Assembly: GCA_043738925.1 (NCBI GenBank)
Contig: JAYUFA010000311.1
Span: forward strand, 1 to 33,424
Length of the DNA stretch: 33,424 nucleotides
DNA from: Actinomycetota bacterium
GTDB taxonomy: Bacteria; Actinomycetota; Acidimicrobiia; Acidimicrobiales; WLNW01
Reading direction: 5' to 3'
A program made the translations under genes and the position numbers. Every line of letters starts with the position of its first letter. Positions within the stretch are counted from its first letter, which is position 1. The notes under the pieces are model-generated. The model worked only from the letters and a program-made list of their open reading frames with translations, made no database searches and was not told the DNA's origin. Shown in pieces: positions 28,478-33,424 of the stretch.

Positions 28478-30456
28478 GGCTGGGTGACCGTAACTAGCTC
28501 GTCGGGCACGTCGATGACGGAAACGGCATCTGGCTGGGTGAGCCGAGATGGGTGGCGAGGTTTACGGTTCGGGATGATCGACAGGGCTGTCCCGAGGGCC
28601 ATAACCGCGCCGCCGGTCCACAGCCACACGGCGAGCGGCATGATAACCACGATGACACCGATCGGGCCTTGGGTGGGGAGGTCGACGATGCTGAGGTAGA
28701 CGTCTTCGGACAGCGAGTTGGCGATCGCCGGGGTGCCGACCGTCTGGGATGATCCGTTGAATTGCTGCAACGCCGGTTTCAAAAGGCGGTCACCGTCAAC
28801 CAAGATGAGAGCGCGGCGCTCGATGAGGGATCGGCCGATGACCTGGTCGGTCGAACGGAATTCGAGGGTGTGACCGGCGAACACGACCGGTTTGCCGGGT
28901 TCCAGTTGGAGTTCGATCCGCCGACTGTACGCACCCGCTGCGGTCACCGCGACGGCGAGCATCACGAACCCGAGGTGAACGACCATCCCACCACCCGACG
29001 CCCCCAGCAGCCCTCGCAGGCCGTGGCGGCGAATATTCATGGAGAGCTGTCGGGTGGCGGCACCCGCAGCTGCACCGCCGAGCGCGAACCCGACCGCCGG
29101 AACGAGACCGCGAGCGCCGAAAAGCACAGCGGCGGCGAGGACGGTTGCTGCGCCGGCTACCGAGGTGGTCAGCCGTTGGCGGAGCAGCGCGGCCGACGAC
29201 ATGCGCCACGGCAGGATCGGGGCGACGGCCATCAGCGTGAGCAGGGCGAGACCGATCGGTATCGCCATCCGATCGAAATAGGGTCTGCCGACCGAGATGC
29301 GGGTGCCTCGCAGCGCCTCAATGACGAGCGGGAACACCGTGCCCAACAGCACCACGAACGCGAACAGGGCGAACAGGGCGTTGTTGATCAGGAACGCGGC
29401 CTCACGCGACGCGACTGCGTCGATCGCTCCGGCGGAACGCAGTCGTTGCCCGCGCCAGGCGATCAGACCGACGCTGGTCAGCACGATCACGGTGAAGAAC
29501 CCGATGATCGCCGGGCCGATGTTGCTTTTGCTGAACGAGTGGACCGAGTCGAGCACCCCGGACCTGGTGAGGAATGTTCCGAGGATCGTGAGGCTGAACG
29601 TGGCGCACAGTAGCGACAGGTTCCACACCCGTAACATGCCGCGCCGTTGTTGGGCGAGGACCGAGTGGATGTAGGCGGTGGCGGTCAGCCAAGGGAGGAA
29701 ACTGGCGTTTTCGACCGGGTCCCACGCCCAGAAACCTCCCCAGCCGAGCACCTCGTAACTCCACCAGGAGCCGAGCAGGATCCCGACGGTCAGAAAGCCC
29801 CAGGCCATCAGCGTCCACCGGCGGGTGATCACCAACCATCCGTCATCGACGCGTCCGGTGACCAACGCCCCGATCGCGAACGCGAACGGTACAGAGAAAC
29901 CGACGTACCCGAGATACAGGATCGGTGGGTGGAACGCCATCAGGATGTGGTTCTGCAGCAGCGGGTTCGGGCCGGGACCGTCCAGCGGGATCGGTGGTGC
30001 GGTGAGGCGGAACGGGTTTGATGGGCCGGCCATTAACCCGAAGAAGAAGGCGCAGATGGCGAACAGTGCGCACATCGCCCAACCGACCAGCGGATCGTCG
30101 AACCGGTGACGGAACCTGACGACCACCGCGATCAGATAGCCGGACAGGATCAAGGCCCATAGCAGGATCGAGCCTTCCAGCGCCGACCACATCGCCGCGA
30201 CGTTGAACAACGCCGGGGTCCGTGAACTCCCGACGTGGGCGACGTAGGCGAGGTGGAAGTCGCGGGTGATCAACGCCCGTTCCATCGCCACGACCGCGAG
30301 CACCGCCCCGAACCCGACGAGCAGCGCGTACCGTCTCGCCCAACGCAGCTGGCGAACATTCCCGGTACGGGCACCGATCGCCGCGTTGAACGCGCCGACG
30401 ACCGACCCGCCGAGCCCGAGCGAAACGCCCATCAAGCCGATCGCCGCGTTCAACAC
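28474..30456 (-). CDS. ccmF: Cytochrome c heme lyase subunit CcmF/NrfE
   Basis: WSALEGSILLW, GPNPLLQN, HPP, WWD motif WSYEVLGWGGFWAWDPVEN, TRSGVLDSVHSF; GTG at 30456 with GGAGG RBS. Confidence 0.95.
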   Translation of the reverse strand: MLNAAIGLMGVSLGLGGSVVGAFNAAIGARTGNVRQLRWARRYALLVGFGAVLAVVAMERALITRDFHLAYVAHVGSSRTPALFNVAAMWSALEGSILLWALILSGYLIAVVVRFRHRFDDPLVGWAMCALFAICAFFFGLMAGPSNPFRLTAPPIPLDGPGPNPLLQNHILMAFHPPILYLGYVGFSVPFAFAIGALVTGRVDDGWLVITRRWTLMAWGFLTVGILLGSWWSYEVLGWGGFWAWDPVENASFLPWLTATAYIHSVLAQQRRGMLRVWNLSLLCATFSLTILGTFLTRSGVLDSVHSFSKSNIGPAIIGFFTVIVLTSVGLIAWRGQRLRSAGAIDAVASREAAFLINNALFALFAFVVLLGTVFPLVIEALRGTRISVGRPYFDRMAIPIGLALLTLMAVAPILPWRMSSAALLRQRLTTSVAGAATVLAAAVLFGARGLVPAVGFALGGAAAGAATRQLSMNIRRHGLRGLLGASGGGMVVHLGFVMLAVAVTAAGAYSRRIELQLEPGKPVVFAGHTLEFRSTDQVIGRSLIERRALILVDGDRLLKPALQQFNGSSQTVGTPAIANSLSEDVYLSIVDLPTQGPIGVIVVIMPLAVWLWTGGAVMALGTALSIIPNRKPRHPSRLTQPDAVSVIDVPDELVTVTQP

Positions 30457-30513
30457 GACCCGCGGCCTCCGCCAGGTCCGACGTGCCCGTCGATGCGCCC
30501 ACAAACCGTTCTC

Positions 30514-30532
30514 ATACTAAGTAGCTTAGGAG
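30514..30532. promoter_or_regulatory. Putative BlaI-type operator (ATACTA-N7-TAGGAG)
   Basis: Two mismatches to consensus; in the ccdA-ccmF intergenic gap. Confidence 0.6.
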
Positions 30533-30549
30533 CAACGGGGGTGATGTGT

Positions 30550-31272
30550 TCAAAAAGGTGGCCAACCGAAGCGGGCGAACGTTCGTTGTAACGGAATGAA
30601 AAACGTGCGCCACACCCCGGTGACGAACAGCAAACCAACCCCGACAAGCAGCATGCCACCCAGTCGTTCCACCCCTCTGGCGTGTCGGCGCAGCCACCTC
30701 GTCGAGTTCTTCGCCCGGCCAAGGCCGAGAGCGAGCCCGACAAACGGCAGGCCAAGCCCGACCGAATACAACAGCAGCAACACCGCACCCCACACCACGG
30801 TGCGGGTCGCTGCCGCAGCGGTCAGGATGGTCGCCAGCACCGGACCGATACACGGTGCCCAACCGAACGCGAATGCGGTACCCAACAGAAACGCCGAGCG
30901 CGGACCAGGCCGAACATGGTCCAACAGGCGTCGTTCCCGGTTCAGGAACGGCACCCGCAGAACCCCGAGCATCATGAGTCCCATCACAATGATCGCAACC
31001 CCGGCAACCCGGGTGATGACCGGCACTCGGCGCAACAACACCGAGCCGATCAGAGCGAACGACACGCCGAGCGCGGTGAACACCAACGTGAAACCGGCAA
31101 CGAAGAACAACGACGCCCGCAACGCGATCTTGCGTGACGCCCGACGGTCGAGTTCGCTCATCGGGAGACCAGAGATGAACGACACGTATCCGGGCAACAA
31201 CGGAAGGCAGCACGGAGACGCAAACGAGATCGCCCCGGCGACAAGCGCGAGGAACGGCAAAATGAACACCAT
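30550..31272 (-). CDS. ccdA: Cytochrome c biogenesis protein CcdA
   Basis: SFASPCCLPLLPGY and FAFGWAPCIGPVL; YSVGLGLPF. Confidence 0.92.
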   Translation of the reverse strand: MVFILPFLALVAGAISFASPCCLPLLPGYVSFISGLPMSELDRRASRKIALRASLFFVAGFTLVFTALGVSFALIGSVLLRRVPVITRVAGVAIIVMGLMMLGVLRVPFLNRERRLLDHVRPGPRSAFLLGTAFAFGWAPCIGPVLATILTAAAATRTVVWGAVLLLLYSVGLGLPFVGLALGLGRAKNSTRWLRRHARGVERLGGMLLVGVGLLFVTGVWRTFFIPLQRTFARFGWPPF

Positions 31273-31291
31273 CAACTATAAAGCCTAGTAG
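31273..31291. promoter_or_regulatory. Putative BlaI-type operator (CAACTA-N7-TAGTAG)
   Basis: One mismatch; flanked by CAT/ATG; directly abuts ccdA ATG. Confidence 0.7.
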
Positions 31292-31304
31292 ATGGTTGGA
31301 GGGT

Positions 31305-32246
31305 TTAGCTGAGGCAGAAGTTCGGCATTGTCAGCACTACCCAGAAGTTCGCGACAACCACAGCGACCGAGAACAACATCCCCGCCCACAGGGCGCTCAA
31401 CGACCCGAACGCCATCACCGTGGAGCGTGGTGTGCTGGTGGGTGCCGGGTGGTCCAACGCGGTTATCCGTTCGACCACCGTCTCCAACCCACCGAACGCA
31501 GCGACATCAACCGACAGACCGGCGAGAGCTACCCCGACCAACGCCCGCCGGGTGATGTGGCGTGCTTCGACCTCGGTGCCCGAAGCTTCCTCGTCGGCCC
31601 ACCGTTCCAACGAACACCGCAACTGATCGGTGGCAATCCGGGCCCACGGGAAAGCCCGCAACCCGCATTCCGCGGCGGCGGCGAGACGCAACAGCAGGTG
31701 ATGTCGATGCTGCAGATGGGCCTGCTCATGGCGCAACACCGCATCCAACTCGGCGCCCGACAACTTGGCGATCAACGTGTCGGACACCACGACCGCACCG
31801 CCATACGCGGCGACGCACAACGCCACCGGGTCAGGCGACGTAACAACAACAACCGGATGCCCTGCGACGGTCGTCGGGCGACCGAGCAACGCGACTTCGG
31901 ACATGGCGTGCTGGGCTAAACGGGCACGCCGGTAGCCGAGCGACACGGCCATCGGCAACATCAACGCGCCAGCCGTCGAGACCCACCCGATCCACGGTGC
32001 GCCGATCACCGCGTGGCTCGCCATCCGTGCGCATCGTGCAGCCAAGCCGTGCGCACCGACCGCCCGAAGCACAACCGGTGCTCCCAGCGAAACGGCGACC
32101 AATTCTGTCGCGACGAGCGCACCGACCAGCGACACCGCGATTGTTTTCGCGGCGAGCGCCGGATGAACGGTGCGGAGCCAACCGCGAGCCAAGGCAGGTG
32201 CCGCGCCCAGGACAACGGCGAGCATTGCGAGCAAGAACACGGTCAC
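31305..32246 (-). CDS. M56-family (BlaR1-like) membrane zinc metallopeptidase without penicillin-binding domain
   Basis: 3 N-terminal TMs, ELDAVLRHEQAHL (HExxH), ERWADE, C-terminal TM; GTGA overlap with blaI. Confidence 0.87.
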   Translation of the reverse strand: MTVFLLAMLAVVLGAAPALARGWLRTVHPALAAKTIAVSLVGALVATELVAVSLGAPVVLRAVGAHGLAARCARMASHAVIGAPWIGWVSTAGALMLPMAVSLGYRRARLAQHAMSEVALLGRPTTVAGHPVVVVTSPDPVALCVAAYGGAVVVSDTLIAKLSGAELDAVLRHEQAHLQHRHHLLLRLAAAAECGLRAFPWARIATDQLRCSLERWADEEASGTEVEARHITRRALVGVALAGLSVDVAAFGGLETVVERITALDHPAPTSTPRSTVMAFGSLSALWAGMLFSVAVVVANFWVVLTMPNFCLS

Positions 32247-32599
32247 TGGGCCAGCGTCCTGCGCAACTGCGCCCGATCGGCATCGCTCAACTGCCCGACG
32301 AACTGGGTGAGCACAACCGGCCGATTCTCAACCGCACCCAACACAGACGCCATTGTTGAGGCGGTGCGAGCCTCGCGGGTCTGCACCGGATGGTAGGCGA
32401 ACGCCCGACCGTCACGGCGACGCTCCAGCACTCCCTTATCGCACAGGTTCGACAGCACCGTCATCACCGTGGTGTACGCCAACTCGCGGCGGGCCACGAG
32501 CACGTTGTGGACCTCACCGGGCGTCATCCAACCCGTCGAATCCCACAGAACGTCGAGAACCTCTGCCTCCAACGGTCCGATGCCTTTGCCAGATGCCAC
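32243..32599 (-). CDS. blaI: BlaI/MecI/CopY family transcriptional repressor
   Basis: GPLEAEVLDVLW, LAYTTVMTVLSNL..KG, RRDGRAFAY; GTG at 32599 with AGGA RBS. Confidence 0.9.
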   Translation of the reverse strand: MASGKGIGPLEAEVLDVLWDSTGWMTPGEVHNVLVARRELAYTTVMTVLSNLCDKGVLERRRDGRAFAYHPVQTREARTASTMASVLGAVENRPVVLTQFVGQLSDADRAQLRRTLAQ

Positions 32600-32619
32600 A
32601 GACCAAATCCTACCACCAC

Positions 32620-32638
32620 CTACTAAGATCGATCGTTC
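32620..32638. promoter_or_regulatory. Putative BlaI autoregulatory operator (CTACTA-N7-TCGTTC)
   Basis: One perfect and one 4/6 half-site, 20 nt upstream of the blaI start. Confidence 0.55.
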
Positions 32639-32645
32639 TGCGAGG

Positions 32646-33424
32646 TCAGGACTCGCCCTGAGACGGTCGGAATCTGCGCGACGCAACCAAATGTCGCTGG
32701 TTGAAGTCCTCCAACCGGTTTCCCAGCCACCACCCGCATCCCAATGCGGCGAGCCCACCGGCCGCGTCGAGCCAGAAATGGTTCGCAGTGACAATGATGC
32801 CGAACAACGTTGCGATCGGGTAGAAGGCGCTCAACCAACGAATCCACCGCCGTCGCCGACCTGCGAGCGGCCACAACGCCAGAACGCACCACGTCGACCA
32901 CGCCATATGCAGGCTTGGCATCGCCGCGTACTGGTTCGAGATCCGAGTCATGCTTCCCGAATCGAAACTCCACAACCCGCCATCCACTTCCAGGGTGTCA
33001 ACGAAATCGATCCCTGCAGGAGCATTCGCCGTCGCGGCGAGTGACGCGCCCCCGTACGGTCCGGTGGAGCTGAGGAGCCGGGGTGGCATCAGCGGATACA
33101 ACATGAAACCGACGAGCGCGAGCGCCGTCGTGCAGGCCAGGGTGTTGCGCCAGCGCACGAACCGGACGCGAGAGAACCGGAAGAGGCACACGAACGTGAC
33201 GATCGTGACGACGAAATGCACGGTCCCGTAAAACACGTTCCAGAACTGCAAGAAACGGTGGTGGCCGAGGAACAGCTGCTGGACGTCGCGCTCACGGTAG
33301 AGCCCGAGCACACGCTCGAAACGCACCACCTGCAAGGCATGACGAAACGGGGCGAGTGGAACACCGCTGGCGGCGAGATGAAACGAGCCGAAACGATTCC
33401 GGATGGCGCTGTACAGGGCGTAGA
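32646..33424 (-). CDS. PAP2 superfamily (PAP2_3 / Aur1-like) membrane phosphoesterase, 5'-truncated by window edge
   Basis: YPLMPPRL, NQYAAMPSLHMAW, TANHFWLDA; frame open to window end. Confidence 0.87.
   Translation of the reverse strand, partial: YALYSAIRNRFGSFHLAASGVPLAPFRHALQVVRFERVLGLYRERDVQQLFLGHHRFLQFWNVFYGTVHFVVTIVTFVCLFRFSRVRFVRWRNTLACTTALALVGFMLYPLMPPRLLSSTGPYGGASLAATANAPAGIDFVDTLEVDGGLWSFDSGSMTRISNQYAAMPSLHMAWSTWCVLALWPLAGRRRRWIRWLSAFYPIATLFGIIVTANHFWLDAAGGLAALGCGWWLGNRLEDFNQRHLVASRRFRPSQGES

Noticed and set aside
32243-32599. CopY copper-sensing repressor
   Set aside because: No C-terminal CxC/CxCxxxxCxC; it is coupled to an M56 peptidase like BlaI/MecI

Overview
High-GC, actinobacterial-looking window (Acidimicrobiia is a guess from actinobacterial CsoR/BlaI-type regulators next to system I ccm genes). 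It is dominated by a copper/metal and envelope thiol-redox island. Left to right: partial EamA transporter; SSADH, SDR epimerase, SPW/VKOR protein and DUF6629-like gene; ABC-2 exporter; a leftward copZ, small ORF, copA, csoR, permease, TIGR03943-like cluster with two CsoR operators; a divergent tlpA, Lgt-like, ccdA operon; mgtA with a long structured leader; a decaying segment (frameshifted htpX, lemA, orphan coiled-coil, Tat-NlpC/P60-LysM, methyltransferase, and a pseudogene with an 87-bp internal inversion); copC/D; a copA 3' remnant with DUF2752 and tlpA; then tlpA, DUF2933, ccmH, ccmF, ccdA, an M56 peptidase, blaI and a partial PAP2 gene. The main hidden signal is a palindrome, CTAC(T/G)A-N7-T(A/C)GTAG. 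It occurs 7 times, each upstream of a redox, ccm or copper gene or of blaI itself. This suggests a BlaI/M56-peptidase regulon acting on thiol-disulfide, heme-ligation and copper functions rather than beta-lactam resistance. No rRNA, tRNA, CRISPR array, transposase or integrase was recognised. All family calls come from motif recognition without database searches.
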